From Octopus sinensis (taxonomy: Eukaryota), in assembly GCF_006345805.1 (NCBI RefSeq), contig NC_042998.1, positions 7,006,001 to 7,070,000 on the forward strand: 64,000 bases of DNA, in the 5' to 3' direction. The notes under the pieces are model-generated. The model saw nothing but the letters and a program-made list of their open reading frames with translations. It was not told where the DNA came from and did not search any database. Shown here one piece after another: positions 1-12,822 of this stretch. The position numbers and the translations under genes were made by a program. Within the stretch, counting starts at the first letter, position 1. Each line of letters begins with the position of its first letter.

Positions 1-322
1 TAAAGTGGTCGGCATCAGGAAGGGCATCCAGCTGTAGAAACCAGGCCAAAGCGGACTATGGAACATGGTGCAGCTTCTGGCCTTGCCAGTTCCTGTCAAA
101 CTGTCCAACCCATGCCAGCATGGTGATGGTACCACATAAAAGCACCCAATACACTTTGTAAACGAGATGGCATTAGGAAACTAAACCAAAACAGCCTTAG
201 AAACTAAGCCAAAACAGACTCTGGAACTTGGTGTGGCCTCTAGCCTTGTCAGTTCTTGGCAAGCCATCCAACCCATGCCAGAATGGAAAACAAAGAGTAA
301 ATGTTGATGGTAATGATGATGA
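1..322 (+). mobile_element. Two tandem RTE-tail fragments
   Basis: ggcat(c/t)aggaa..ccaacccatgccag motif occurs twice and is followed by a GAT tail. Confidence 0.7.
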
Positions 323-824
323 AAACAGATGCACAAATTCCTCGTGCTTGTCCATTATTGATCAATGATGATAATAACTTCATCTATATGTCATCTGAAG
401 AAAAGATATATTCATACAAAAGACCACTAAAACACAACTACTCCAGGTTATAACACACATTCAGTGTATCTGAAGCTGTGAAAGTGATGACATTTCATCA
501 TCCCAGATGTGTGATGCCACCTTTGATGCTATGAAAGATACACTGTCTGTGGTTCCAAGAAGTTCTGGCTTTTAGTAATCAATGAAGACCATGACATTTC
601 AGCAAGGAATGCAGTCACAACAAGTGGGACATTTTAGCACAACTACTTCCTTCATATACTAAAACATTCCCTGTTCCTATTACTATGGAAGGTGCAGTAT
701 CTCATTGCTGCTCATGTGCAGAATACTTCAACAACCAACACAAGTTTTTTGACCCTGAGAAGTGTATCATGCAGTCTTAATTGCTGTACATGCATATATG
801 TGTGTGTATATGTATGTATGTATA

Positions 825-861
<37 letters not shown>

Positions 862-864
862 GTA

Positions 865-1050
865 GGGAGAATTCACGGAAAAAACAAAAGACAAAGACAG
901 GTGGTGTAGAAAACAAACAGATGTATTAGTATAATGCTCTGGGATTGAAAAAATCTTTAACATTTTCAGCCTACGCTCTTCCACAGAAAAGAACACAGAA
1001 AGAAACAAGGAGAGAAAAAAATGTGTGTGGTGGCTACCGATCTATCATTG
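865..1050 (-). mobile_element. Solo PLE terminal repeat (family F1) with degenerate hammerhead at 954-991
   Basis: The reverse complement aligns with 16545-16742 (ttctctcc..ctgtggaagagcgtaggct..gttaaaga..tactaatac..ccacctgtc..cttttgttt). It is flanked by (TA)n on both sides. Confidence 0.8.
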
Positions 1051-1229
1051 CTATATATATATATATATATTATATATATATATATATTAAAGATGTAAAA
1101 AGGTTGAATATAGATTCATCCTTTAAATTTGGAGGTAACAGTTCAAGGTGAATTACTCCTTTGCAATCCCACCAGTTAGAGAGAAGAACCTTTTCCCCAT
1201 GAAGTTCCCTTCTCAGTTGTGGTTGAGTT

Positions 1230-1546
1230 TTTCCCTTGTACCAAGCCACTAAAAAGCACTGGTACTGATGCTTCATAAAAAGCACTGGTGCTGGTATCAT
1301 ATAAAAAGCATTAGTGCTGGTGCCTCATAGAAAGACTGGTGCTGGTGCTATGAGTGCCAGTGATGGTGTCACAAAAAGACACTCAGTATACTCTGTAAAG
1401 TGGTTGGCATTAGGAAGGGCATGCAGCCGTAGAAATCAAGCCAAAACAGACTATGGAACATGGTGCAGCTTCTAGCCTTGCCAGTTCCTGTCAAACTGTC
1501 CAACCCATGCCAGCATGGAAAACGGATGTTAAATGATGATGATGAT
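1230..1546 (+). mobile_element. RTE-tail fragment
   Basis: Repeated actggtgctggt units, then ggcattaggaagggcat..aacccatgccagcatggaaaacggatgttaaatgatgatgat. Confidence 0.75.
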
Positions 1547-2039
1547 GCTTTCTAGCAAAGCATACTGTGTGTTACTACTTACACTACTGGCCCTCATTGG
1601 TCTGCTGCTGCCAACTTTGAATGTGAGAAGATGAAAGTTGCTTATTTCTTCCACACTTCATTATATCCAACGTATCCTGTCCAAACGTCTCACTGGTCTT
1701 CTGGTTGTTACTTTTATACAGTCTTCTATCCATATTTTTTTTTTTTATTATTTGTCTCACTTTTGCTTTGGGAACCATTGCTTTGCTACACAGGAAGTTA
1801 CTTTGCTACACAGGAAGTTGCCAACAAAGAAGACTGAGTGTGCATAACCAACCAGAATCAAAAGGATTTAATTACTTATAACATAAATATGTAAATGTTC
1901 ATATGTATAGCATATATACATACATATATATAAACATATATATATGTATGTATGTATATATATACTCATATATACGCACACATACATATATATATCTATA
2001 GTATGTATATATGAAATATATATATATATATATATATAC

Positions 2040-2099
<60 letters not shown>

Positions 2100-2121
2100 G
2101 TATGTATATGTATGTATATAT

Positions 2122-2162
<41 letters not shown>

Positions 2163-2219
2163 TTATATATATATTATCATCATCATCGTTTAACGTCTGT
2201 TTTCCGCGCTAGCACGGGT

Positions 2220-2282
<63 letters not shown>

Positions 2283-2374
2283 TAGTAATGGTGAGATAGC
2301 AAAAGAATGAAAGAGACCTCAATATTATGTAAATAGAGTAATTTATCTGTAATATAATGTGTCACAATTATTTA

Positions 2375-2449
2375 GTTCCATAATAAAACTCCGAGTTTCG
2401 AATGTTGGGATGGAAACCTGCACCGGCATCTCTTCGGCTGTTGAGGCAA
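2375..2449 (-). ncRNA. Second, more degenerate F0 hammerhead in the opposite arm
   Basis: Reverse complement: ttgcctcaacag-CCGAAGA-gatgccgg..ccaacattc-GAA-ACTCgGAGT-T-ttattatggaac. Confidence 0.55.
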
Positions 2450-2463
2450 TTAAAATATTTTAA

Positions 2464-2538
2464 TTGCCTTGATAACTGAAGAGATGCTGGTGCAGGTTTC
2501 TGCTCCAGCATCTGAAACTTGGAGTTTTATTATGGCAA
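2464..2538 (+). ncRNA. Type-I hammerhead ribozyme candidate with canonical CUGAAGA core (F0)
   Basis: Stem I is TTGCCTTGATAA/TTATTATGGCAA (11 of 12 pairs). Core CTGAAGA lies at 2476-2482. Stem II is GATGCTGG/CCAGCATC plus GCAG-gttt-CTGC, followed by one extra T, then GAA, stem III ACT-tgg-AGT and U17 at 2526. Confidence 0.75.
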
Positions 2539-2730
2539 CCGAATAATTGTGACATATTATATTACAGATATTATATATATATATATATATGTATATAAAT
2601 ATATATATATATATCTCACACACGCACACATACACACACATATATTCAGTATTGTAACTACTTAGAGTTCATTCAGAGATTTTTAACTAACTGTTTTACT
2701 CATCATATATATATATATATATATACATAT

Positions 2731-2932
2731 AGTTAATCCAAACAAGAAAGCACAAAAAAACACAACAACGCGAGGACGTGGAACAAATATGGTGTTATTG
2801 GATGCTCAGGAAAGAAGGAGGGTTTAACGTTTCGAGCGGAGCTCTTCGTCGGAAACATAGGAGAAGGAAAGATCCAGAGAAGGGAAGACAGAGGAAAAAA
2901 AAAATCGACAACGGTACACACGCGGTCACATT

Positions 2933-2935
<3 letters not shown>
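2731..2935 (-). mobile_element. ~205-bp solo PLE-type terminal repeat (family F2) with hammerhead at 2822-2856
   Basis: It is nearly identical to 54262-54464 and flanked by (TA)n. Reverse complement contains GTTT-CCGACGA-A-GAGC-tcc-GCTC-GAA-ACGT-T-AAAC. Confidence 0.8.
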
Positions 2936-2973
<38 letters not shown>

Positions 2974-3214
2974 TATATATATATGTATATATATATGCAA
3001 TATATATATGTATATATATATATGTATATATATATGCGTGTATGTCTGTACATGTGCACATTTATACCCACATTTATGCACATATATGTCTGCATTCATA
3101 TGCGCATATATGTATGCATATGTGAGCATGCACACACATCATTTGGACATGAAGTAGTCTCATTAGATGAATTAATTACTTCAATGTCTTCTTACTTTTT
3201 ACCTTAGCAGTGAT

Positions 3215-4000
3215 GGACATCATATGCAGATCTTATCTTAAAGTAGGATTTCTTTGCTACCTTGCTATGATATCCCAAATATAGATTATAAACACTGCAT
3301 TTCAAAAACTTCTAGACTGGGTGTATCATCAGATTTTCAAGTCCACATTTCTGAGGCACAGGTTGCATTTAGGGAAATAAGAGCACTGTGCTTTGAGTCC
3401 TTGGTTTATATCCCCACTTCTTCCAGACTCTGTTTCTTAGTCTTCCAAATGATAGATACCAACAAGGATTTTATTTTAACATCTTTTCCATTATATAATA
3501 TGCTGCCAAGAAATACAAACCACCGTGACACATTCAACTTTAAACCTTCAGATTCAGTGTGAACATTTCCATGCCATTGACAAGATCATGCACTTTCATC
3601 TAATTATTTTTATGTCCCATATTTTGTGTCTGTTCAGTGGATATTTTCAAATTGTGAAAGATCATGGATATAAGAATCATGTTGTCAGAATATTTAGCAC
3701 CTATCGAAAGAGCATCAATGAGTGCCAGGCTTTTATCCATGTTTTTCATTTCTTTAATGAGAAATTCCAGCAAGATTTTGAAAAGTGTCATGGGGAGCAG
3801 GTAAACTTATCTTAGACTTGCTCATACTTCAAACCAATCCATCAGCTGATCATCCATTATCTCCTCTATAATTCACACTATTTCGGGGTCTACACCTATT
3901 ACTTTAGTTCTACACTTATTGCCATTATCTTCCATAAAGCCTTCAACCAGGTCACATCAAATGTATTTTTACAGTTGAAGTGTAAAAGCTCTGAATGTTG
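3215..4000 (-). mobile_element. Heavily decayed RTE-clade LINE RT fragment
   Basis: Minus-strand remnants include LLP-TLFKILLEF (cf. LSPTLFNIFLE), KYSDNMILIS (cf. YADD.VL.S) and CASEMWT*KSDD..LEVFEMQCL*SIFGIS (cf. YASETWT..LE.FEM.CLR). There are many stops and frameshifts. Confidence 0.65.
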
Positions 4001-4091
4001 CTTTTACTGGTGTAGATGGATGCCATCAGTGCTGAAGTACTCAAAGCATGAAGAGAGAGACCATTGTTGATATGATGCAAATACTATTTAA

Positions 4092-4313
4092 CCCTTTTGA
4101 TACCAACCCGCCTGAAACTGCCTCTGGCTCTGCAGTACAAATGTCTTGTTTTCAAAAGTTCTGAATTAAAATCTTCCACTAAACCTTAGTCACAATTTAT
4201 GTTCCTAACACTAGCTTAACGATAAACTAAACTATTTTACTAATTCTTTGTTATATTTAAAATTAATTGAAAGAAACATAGAGCATCTCAACTGAAATAT
4301 GGTAACAAAAGAG
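4092..4313. mobile_element. piggyBac-like MITE (TTAA TSD), opposite orientation to 46501-46721
   Basis: TTAA|CCCTTTTGATACC..GGTAACAAAAGAG|TTAA; the internal sequence is the reverse complement of the 46.5-kb copy. Confidence 0.85.
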
Positions 4314-4819
4314 TTAACCTAATATGGCAAAGAGATAAGGTATAAAAAGCATCTGAATCTCTGTGTGAGTGATACTAATATATGAAGAAAAGAAAGTCTC
4401 AAACAAAAACTTAAAAAGTTGCTGGTGAATTTCTTTCTTATCAATACCAGAAAATGTGTTCTGTGGAATCCTTGAAAGAAAGCGAAATGAAACTGAAGAA
4501 GCAACAGGGGAGAATCAGAAGAATGACGTCCATCCATAGAAACCTTAAGCAGATACTGGAGCTGGGCACAGTTCTCTGGCTTTGCCAACCCCTGTTAAAC
4601 CATCCACTTCATGTCAGCTTGGGAAACAGATGTTAAATGGTGATGATGACAATGATGATGATGATGATGCTATATGTATGTAAATGTGTGTGTCTTTGTG
4701 TTTGTCCTCCTACCACCACCACCACCACTTGATGACCAGTGTTGATGTGTTTACATCCCTGGAACTTAGTAGTTTGGCAAAAGAAACCAATAGAATAAAT
4801 ATAAGATTTAACCTCCACC

Positions 4820-5078
4820 TGTGCCGGTGGCATGTGTAAAAAGATTTGAGCAAGGTCATTGCCAGTACCCCTTGACTGGCCCCCGTGCCAGTGGCATGTA
4901 AAAAGCACCCACTACACTCTCGGAGTGGTTGGCGTTAGGAAGGGCATCCAGCTGTAGAAACTCAGCTAGATCAAAATTGGAACCTGGTGCAGCCATCTGG
5001 TTCGTCAGCCCTCAGCCAAAATCGTCCAACCCATGCTAGCATGGAAAGCGGACGTTAAACGATGATGATGATGATGAT
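4820..5078 (+). mobile_element. RTE-tail fragment
   Basis: tgccggtggc..aaaagcacccactacactc..gacgttaaacgatgatgat. Confidence 0.8.
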
Positions 5079-7328
5079 TTAAAATTGGTCCCAGGGTTAA
5101 TTTGTTTGACTAAACCCACCAAGTGGCGCTCCAGTGTGGCACAGTCCACTGACTGAAACATGTAGAAGAGTAAAAGAGAATATGTTCAAAGACAACTGTG
5201 AAATATTTTCTAATGTTTTACAATCATTTAATTAACAATATCATACATATATAATATAAAAGGCACAGAATGACTACTCATTTAAAATACAAATTTTAAT
5301 AATACACAAAAATATATTTTAGAAATATTCAAATTTGAACACTAAACTAAAAAGAAAAAGAAAGAGAGGGATTGTAAAACAGGAAACAAATTTGAAGAAA
5401 ATGTATGACTGCTTCCAAAGAAAACCAAAATGGAAAAATAACATCAAAACCATTTTAGTGCCATGGGAAAAGATCTTGGAGAAGACAATGCAAGGAAGTG
5501 TGTGATTGAAAGAGAGATAAAGATAGAGAAAAGTGGTGGTTTTTGAGAAGGCAAGAATCTCTCAAAGCTGACTAAAAATGAATAAAAGTGACCTTGAAAA
5601 AGAAATGTAGAATTAAAGAGGAATAAAAGAATTCTAAGAGGGGAAATGAAAAGACTTGAGAGCTAAAGTGAGAGAGCCAAGAAAAGTTAAAGGAAAACAA
5701 ATGGAAGATGATGGAAAGAAAGTAAACATTAATATGAAATTAAAATGAGAAATGTATTGGTAACTATAGGTTTGAGAAAATAAATGAGCAGATATACCAT
5801 GAGACAGGGTGGGGAGAGAGTGAAAGAAAGGGAGAAAGAAAGAAAGAAAGAAATGAAGGCAGAGAAAAATGTAAAAAGAGAGAATGGAGTTAAAGCATGG
5901 TAAAGTAGAAAAGAATGTGGAAAGGAAAAGGAAGACAAGAGTTAAGATTTATTCATATTAATTCCTGCAAAGTGCAAAATCTTCTTGTAAAATGAGTTAA
6001 AACTAAATTTCAAAAAAAAAAAACAAAAAGAAAAAGGAAAAAAAAATGTTTAAATTACTCAAGAGCAACAACTGTTTATAACTGGCAAATTTAGAGAGGT
6101 ACAGATAGGAGTGGACAGATACAATTTGTAGTTGATGACAAAAATAATGATAGCATTTGCAGCAAAACAGAGAGTGATATATAGGGAAAAATGTAGAAAA
6201 AAAAAAGAAAAGAAATATAAAAAGAAAGAAAAAAATAGGCAATATAGTTAAGAGAGTTTTTAATTGAATCAGGATCATTCTACACTTTCCTGTTTCGAAA
6301 CCATCTTATTTGTCACATTAAATCTTGTCATCAACTTTACAAAAGCTATGAATGTTGACATTTAAAGTTTTACTAATTGTTAGACACCTATCCTACGTAG
6401 ATTTAATATTTTCAAAGTTAAATTGGAAGTATCTGGTAAACAAACAACCAAAGTCTTGTTTGAATATATAAACTTAGTGGGTTAGTGCATGTGTAAAAGT
6501 GGATCCGACATCATAGGTCAGTTAGTGGATCAGTATAAAACTTGAACTATTTTATGATTAGGCTACATTTAACATTTCACCTTGTATATTCATTCATTTC
6601 TTTCATGCACCATATTTGATGGCATAAAAGATGTGCAAGTAGAAAAGACATGTCCCTTTTCCAACCGTATGTATTCAGGAAAAAGAAGTTTTTAATGCAT
6701 TATAGCTTACAAGGGAACCGGCTTTACATATAGGACACAGAATGATTTTCTGAGATATTTTTTTTTAAATTGCATCTTACGGAGTAAAGACCCTTTTAGT
6801 CCTGAATGACCATGAGATTGCACCTAGAAAGTTCCTCTCCAATGCACAAGTCTGTGCAAGGTTGCTTATGGAAGACCAGCAGTTGCTCATGCATACCAGC
6901 CTTCCATCTCTATGCCACTGATGTTATCCAAGGGAAAGGCAAAGTGCGATACAGCTCGGCACCAGTGATGTCGCGACTCATTTCTACAGCTGAGTGAACT
7001 GGAACAACATGAAATATAGTGGAGCAACATCAAATAATAGTAGCAAACTCAAGATTTTGTTGAGCTTTCAATCTGCAAAGACACTGCCCAAATGGGTTTT
7101 TTTGTATCATGTTTCTTATGTACGAGGAGGTGCTGGAAACTTCCTGGCTTTAAAGATATTGTGAAAGACCTGGTTAGAGGCCCAGCCTTCCAAGTTCTTT
7201 TATAGGGCTTGGAAAAAGTGAAGGGCCACTGTAATAAGTGCATAAATCTAAGAGAGGAATATGCTGAATAAAATCATAATTAACTGACCTTCCTGTATTT
7301 TGTTTTACCCAAAGCTAAAAGATTTTCA

Positions 7329-7680
7329 GCAGGAGTGACTGTGTGGTAAGTAGCTTGCTTGCCAGCCACATGGTTCTGGGTTTAGTCCCACTGTGTGGTA
7401 TCTTGGGCAAATGTCTTCTACTATAGCCTTGGGCCGACCAAAGCCTTGTGAGTGGATTTGGTAGACGGAAACTGAAAGAATCCTGATGTATATATGTGTG
7501 TGTGTGTGTTTGTGTGTCTGTATTTGTCCCCCCAACATCACTTGAAAACCGATGCTGGTGTGTTTGCGTCCCTGTAACTTACAAAGAATAAGTCCTGGGG
7601 TCAATTTGCTCGACGAAAGGTGGTGCTCCAGCATGGCCACAGTCAACTGACTGAAACAAGTAAAAGAAAAGAAAAGAAAA
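7329..7680 (+). mobile_element. tRNA-derived SINE family A (degenerate)
   Basis: A-box-like tgactgtgtgg and B-box-like ggtttagtccc, an internal TG microsatellite and a gtaaaaga tail. Confidence 0.8.
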
Positions 7681-7965
7681 AGAATACTCCTCGTAAAATG
7701 ACCCAAAGCTGATACTGAATGTTGTTTTATCTTGTTTTCACCAATTTATCAGAGTAGCATAGAGATGAGGTACTGAAGGATGATAGCAGCTACAAACTTA
7801 GATTTCTGTAGTTTTAAATCATGTTTTCAAGTTATGCTGCTGATAAACATTTTAGTAAACAGCAGGATTAATTTTCATATATTTTTGGAAAATCGCAAAC
7901 AAAATAATTAAATTTATCATTATTTATCTCATCTTCGTTGATTACTTAACTCTAAGAAATCATAA

Positions 7966-8225
7966 GTGGAGGCACGTGGCTTAGTGGTTAGGGTGTCAGC
8001 ATCATGATCGTAAGATTGTGGTTTCGATTCCTGGACTGGGCGACGCGTTGTGCACTTGAGCAAAACATTTCATTTCACATTGTTCCAGTCCACTTAGCTG
8101 GCAAAAATGAGTAACGCTGCGATGGACTAGCGTCCCGTTCAGCTGGGGAACATGTACACCATTGAAACCAGGAAACCGGGCCCATGAGCCTGGCTAGGCT
8201 TTAAAAGGGCACATTTATTATTTTA
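7966..8225 (+). mobile_element. SINE-C-related copy
   Basis: Head ggaggcacgtggcttagtggttaggg..ggtttcgattcc and 3' gctgcgatggactagcgtcccg..ggctaggctttaaaaggg. Confidence 0.8.
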
Positions 8226-9849
8226 TTTAAGCAATCATAACTGTTTATACAATGTTATATTTAAACCGTATTTCCTTGAAAACAGAGCAAATGTTTTATT
8301 ATTAACAAATTTGACTATTTACTACAGTGTATTACTGGTATTTGGTTTACACTACACTGTTAAAATGATGAAAGGATGAGATGCCAAATCAAAACATGAA
8401 GCCATTGAAGCAACTTTCAATTATTTAATCTACTCTAGCTCTCTTGAACAAAAGTTGTAGTTGATGCCTCACCATTTAAATCTAATTTATTGTTGAAGTT
8501 TCTATGAGAAAATTGTTGTTGAACTGTATGCAATAAAGTTGTTAAATATTACACTTGGTAAAAATGTAGTAATTTGTCAGCTTTGAGACCGATGAATCAA
8601 TAGTCGGTAGACAGTGTTATTGATTTCATCAATAAATTGTAAAGCTTGTAAGCAGTAAAAGTTTTTCTTCATAACTTCACGATCAAATTGTAAATTGAAA
8701 ATACTAACATTATGACTGATGAAATTGAAAATACTAGTGTTATGACTGATGAAATCGAATGTATAGATTTTGAGTTTGATGTAATTGAACTGACAGATGC
8801 GTGACCTCAGAATGTAAAATATACACTTTGTGACTGATGATATCATTAAAAATGAATGAAGAAACAAAAAAACCAATACAAAACACCTGATAAAGAACAA
8901 GTAGAAATTTTGCGTTTTGTTTTTAAATTAAAAAAAAAAAAGTTTCCGATTGAAAGTTTTTAAAATTTCATTGTTTTCTTTTATAAATATATGCAGAAGA
9001 CATTAAAGTTTGAGATTATGTCAAGACAAAACTCAAGGATAATTTTATTATTAGATCTTGTTTTTTTAATTTTTTTTATTAGATCTTGTTTTTTGTTTAC
9101 TGTCTGCTATTCTTTGATTGAATAAATTAAAGTTTGGCACTCAGAGAATGTTCTTCTCAGGGAACTATAATTTGATTGAATGAGAATAACTGTTGGGAAT
9201 ATAATCTCTGATGCAAACCAGATGGTACAGAACTGATTTGATTCTTGCTTTTAATGCTAGAATCACATTATTTATGGAAAAATTCCTTTTATGCCGATAT
9301 TTATTTCTCTTATTATTGGTTTATTCTTTATCATATGAATACTTCTTTCTATAAATAAAAACAAACTTGTCAAAAGATGTTGCAACAATGTGCACAAAAA
9401 ATTGCATTTTTGGATTTACATTTTTAGAAATTTTGTCTTTTCACACAACCATTTCCTGCATGCAATGAAATTCCCATATTATAAGCCACAAAATTGTTAT
9501 TGCCCATTTAGTTAAGTATCAAGTTGCCTCACGAAAGAGAATATTTAGCATGTAGCTTATAATAGCTAATTCTTTCCTTTTAATGAATTTCACAATAGGG
9601 AGATCTCTAGCATATATTTATTTTGTAAGGCCTCCATCAGCCAATGTTGATCATGTGTTTGTACATACGTGAACGATCCTTGACAAGATATTTTCGTGGA
9701 AGACAAGCAGTTGCTTATACATGCAAGCCTCCTTCTCTCCAAGCTACCAATGTTTATCCGAAGGAAAGTCCACTGTCTATTTTTCTATGTTGATATCATT
9801 TTCATTAGTTTTGGGGAAAGTGTGTGTGTGACTGTGGCTTTTACAGAAC

Positions 9850-10170
9850 TTCCAAGACCAGGAAGATTAGTTGCCATCAACAGCCTGCATGAATTATTGC
9901 AGGGAAAAATATGTGGGAAGATTGTTCCAGAGGACTGGTGCCCTGGGGAAGAAGGAGTAGTTGTTATTGCAAAAACTGGAGGTGGATAATGGAATATGAG
10001 TGAAAGGCTGAGAAAAGAGCGTTCCTAGAGAACATGAGTGGGGTGGCATAAGACCAACCAATTCTGAGAAGCAGCAGCCAATGTAGCAGAGGTAGAAAAG
10101 GCTGAGGGGGAAGACCATATTCCCTTGTTGGGGTTTCTTCTGGCTCTTTACATCTCCTGAGTTCAAATAT
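9850..10170 (-). mobile_element. Decayed CR1/L2-group LINE C-terminal fragment
   Basis: LSLFYLCYIGCCFSELVGLMPP..SFFPRAPVLWNNLP matches the LSLFY..Y...C..EL and SFFPR...LWN.LP tail of CR1/L2-type ORF2. Confidence 0.65.
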
Positions 10171-10257
10171 CACTCAAGTCTACTTAACTTTTCATCCTTT
10201 CTGGGTGATAAAATAAAATGCAATTCAAGCATTGGGCTTGACCTAATTGACTGTCCC

Positions 10258-10933
10258 TCAGCAGAAACGTTAGCACACCGGGTGAAATGCTTAGGGGTAT
10301 TTCATCTGTCTTTACATTCTGAGTTCAAATTCCGCTGAGGTCAACTTTTCCTTTCATCCTTTCAGGGTTGATAAATTTAGTACCTGTAGTGTACTGGGGT
10401 CGATGTAATCAACTAGCCCCTCCCCCCAAATTTCGTGCCTTTGCCTAGAGTAGAAAAGAATATTGCTGGTATGGTGCCAAATCAGAAAGAATTCAAGGTT
10501 GTGAGCTGATAGGGTCATTAACCTGTCAGACAAAATGCTTAGCAGCATTTCATCAGTCTTTACATTCTCAGTTCAAATTCCACCAAGGTTGACTTTGCCT
10601 TTCATCCTTCGGAGGTCAATAAAATAAACAACTGTCAAATACTGAGAGCAATGTAATTGAAATACCCCCTCCCCTCAAAAGCTACTGACTCTGTGTCATG
10701 ATGCATCCAAACAATTTGTGTCGAAGAAACAGAACAATGAAAGACTTATATCCGGCAATCAACAGATACATTTGTCCAATCCTGGGCAAAATCAAAGATC
10801 ATCATTGTCCCCATTGAGGGATTCATGCATCCCTCATCACAAATAGATACAGCTTCTTTTATTTTTAATCCTATTTTCTTAATCCATTTCTTCAAACACT
10901 CATACATCGAAATTAACAGAAGTGATCATCATC

Positions 10934-10967
<34 letters not shown>

Positions 10968-11199
10968 TCATGAAAAGGAAGAAGGTGGTGGTTAGGTGGC
11001 AACATCGTTAGCATGCCAGGCAAAATGTTTAGCGGTATTTCATCTGCTGCTACGTCCTGAGTTCAAATTCTGTCAAGGTCGACTTTGCCTTTCATCCTTT
11101 TGGGGGCCAATTAAATAAGTACCAGTTACACAGTGGGGTCAATGTAATTAACTTAATCCCTACCTCCAAATTTGAGGCCTTGTGCTTCCAGTAGAAAGA

Positions 11200-11278
<79 letters not shown>

Positions 11279-11725
11279 TATTATTATTAAGGCAGCAAGC
11301 TGGCAGAATTGTTAGCACGCTGGGCAAAATACTTCACAGTATTTCATCCATCTCTATGTTCTGAGTTCAAACTCCACTGAGGTTGACTCTTTGCCTTTCA
11401 TCTTTTCGAGGTCAATAAAATAAATACCATATGAGTACTGAGCTCAAAGTAATCAGCTATCCCTCTCCCACAAGTCTCAGGCCTTGTGCATATCTTAGAA
11501 AGGATTATTGCAGAGCAGTGATCTGGAATAGGAAGTTACTTTGCCGGACAAAATGCTTAGCAGCAATTCTTCTGGAGTTTTACATTGTGAGTGCAAATGT
11601 GTCGCTAATGTTGATTTTGCCTTTCATCATTTCTGTGTTAATAAAATAAGTACCAGCTGAACATTGGGGGGTTGATGTAATTGACTTAATTTTCCCTTTA
11701 ATATTGCTAGCCGTGTACCAAAATT
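10258..11725 (+). mobile_element. Five same-orientation copies of SINE family B (~10258, 10520, 10986, 11289, 11520)
   Basis: Each contains gttagc..aaatgcttagc..gagttcaaattcc..gactttgcctttcatc..aagtacc, separated by (ATT)n/(CAT)n or short unique DNA. Confidence 0.8.
11200..11288. repeat. (ATT)n microsatellite
   Basis: Read directly. Confidence 0.95.
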
Positions 11726-12031
11726 AGGATAATTCTTATTATTTATTTGTTCCTCTTTCTTTATTTTAATTTAACCCTTCTTCCCCCATTTAATTTCTCT
11801 TTGTAGCATCCAGCTTCTTTCTCTCACTTCCACATCTCTTTACCCCTTCAATTCATATCTATCACACTATTTTCTCCCCAACCATTTAAAATTTCTCTTT
11901 TTAGTCAATTTCTCTCCTTTTTCGCTTCATACACTTTACTCACTTCATCTTTAAGAATTTCTTTTATTATTCTTGTAACTTGCCAATTTTCATTAACTGA
12001 ACTGCACCAGAACACACGCGCAAAAAAATTA

Positions 12032-12481
12032 TTATCCAAATTGGCCTTCAAACAATCTGCAAAGTTGAAGCAAGTATAGATATTTTCATCTTTGCCAATC
12101 TCTGAATAAATTACAAATTTAGCTCCTCTTCTATGTTCTTGTTAACAATATGTGTTACAGTTGCCTTTCCACAACAAAATTGTTCAAATCTGAATATTAT
12201 TACAGAACAGCATACATGTGTTGTTTCCAACAATGGGACGGTAACAGATGTTATCGTTCTACATAAACTGCTCCATGATAACATCTCAGTTTTCTCTAGA
12301 ATACTTCCTAGCAATGTGGAACACCTCAGGCTCCTGATCCTCACATCAAAGAATATTTCAAATTTTTTTACTTTTTATGCTTCTCCTTGCTATGTGTAAC
12401 TGGAATTTAGCTTCAAATCGACGATGAAAATATCTATACTTGCTTTAACTTTGCATCTTATTTGAAAGCCAACTTGAATAA
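12032..12481. repeat. ~59-bp imperfect terminal inverted repeats around ~330 bp (old MITE-like)
   Basis: 12032-12090 versus the reverse complement of 12423-12481 (tgcaaagttgaagcaagtatagatattttcatc). Confidence 0.7.
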
Positions 12482-12647
12482 AAAATATGTGATATTTTTC
12501 TCTGCTACCCTCTATCAGGCAGTCTATCCAAGTTTGGCCCTTTGCTGTTATGGCATTGTCAACAGCACTGGCTCTCAACCAGGGTTCATGCGACCCCTGG
12601 GGTCTATAAAAAATTTTGGAGGTTTCACATAAGCAAAATAATAACTA

Positions 12648-12822
12648 CAGCCATTCCAGACATGTTTTTTATTGATGAACAGAAGTTTCACATCTTACTG
12701 TGTACTTGTTTTTGAGAAGTTCTAATTGTTAAATTTTGCCTGTTTTCACCTGATGAAAATGACGGTTTTTTGCATGATGTAACACTACGGTTCATCAATG
12801 AAAAATATGTCTGGAACAGCTG
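12648..12822. mobile_element. ~175-bp Tc1/mariner-type MITE
   Basis: TA|cagccattccagacatgttttttattgatgaac is inverted to gttcatcaatgaaaaatatgtctggaacagctg|TA. Confidence 0.75.

Larger units (their letters stand above)
2281..2570. mobile_element. Palindromic head-to-head element (family F0) with a hammerhead in each arm
   Basis: Arms 2345-2456 and 2457-2569 are imperfect inverted repeats with no spacer (aattaaaat|attttaatt). There is a unique left extension at 2281-2344 and (TA)n on both sides. Confidence 0.8.

Noticed and set aside
8690-8760. C/D-box snoRNA suggested by repeated TGATGA
   Set aside because: The motifs come from a ~30-bp tandem duplication, with no terminal stem or proper box spacing.
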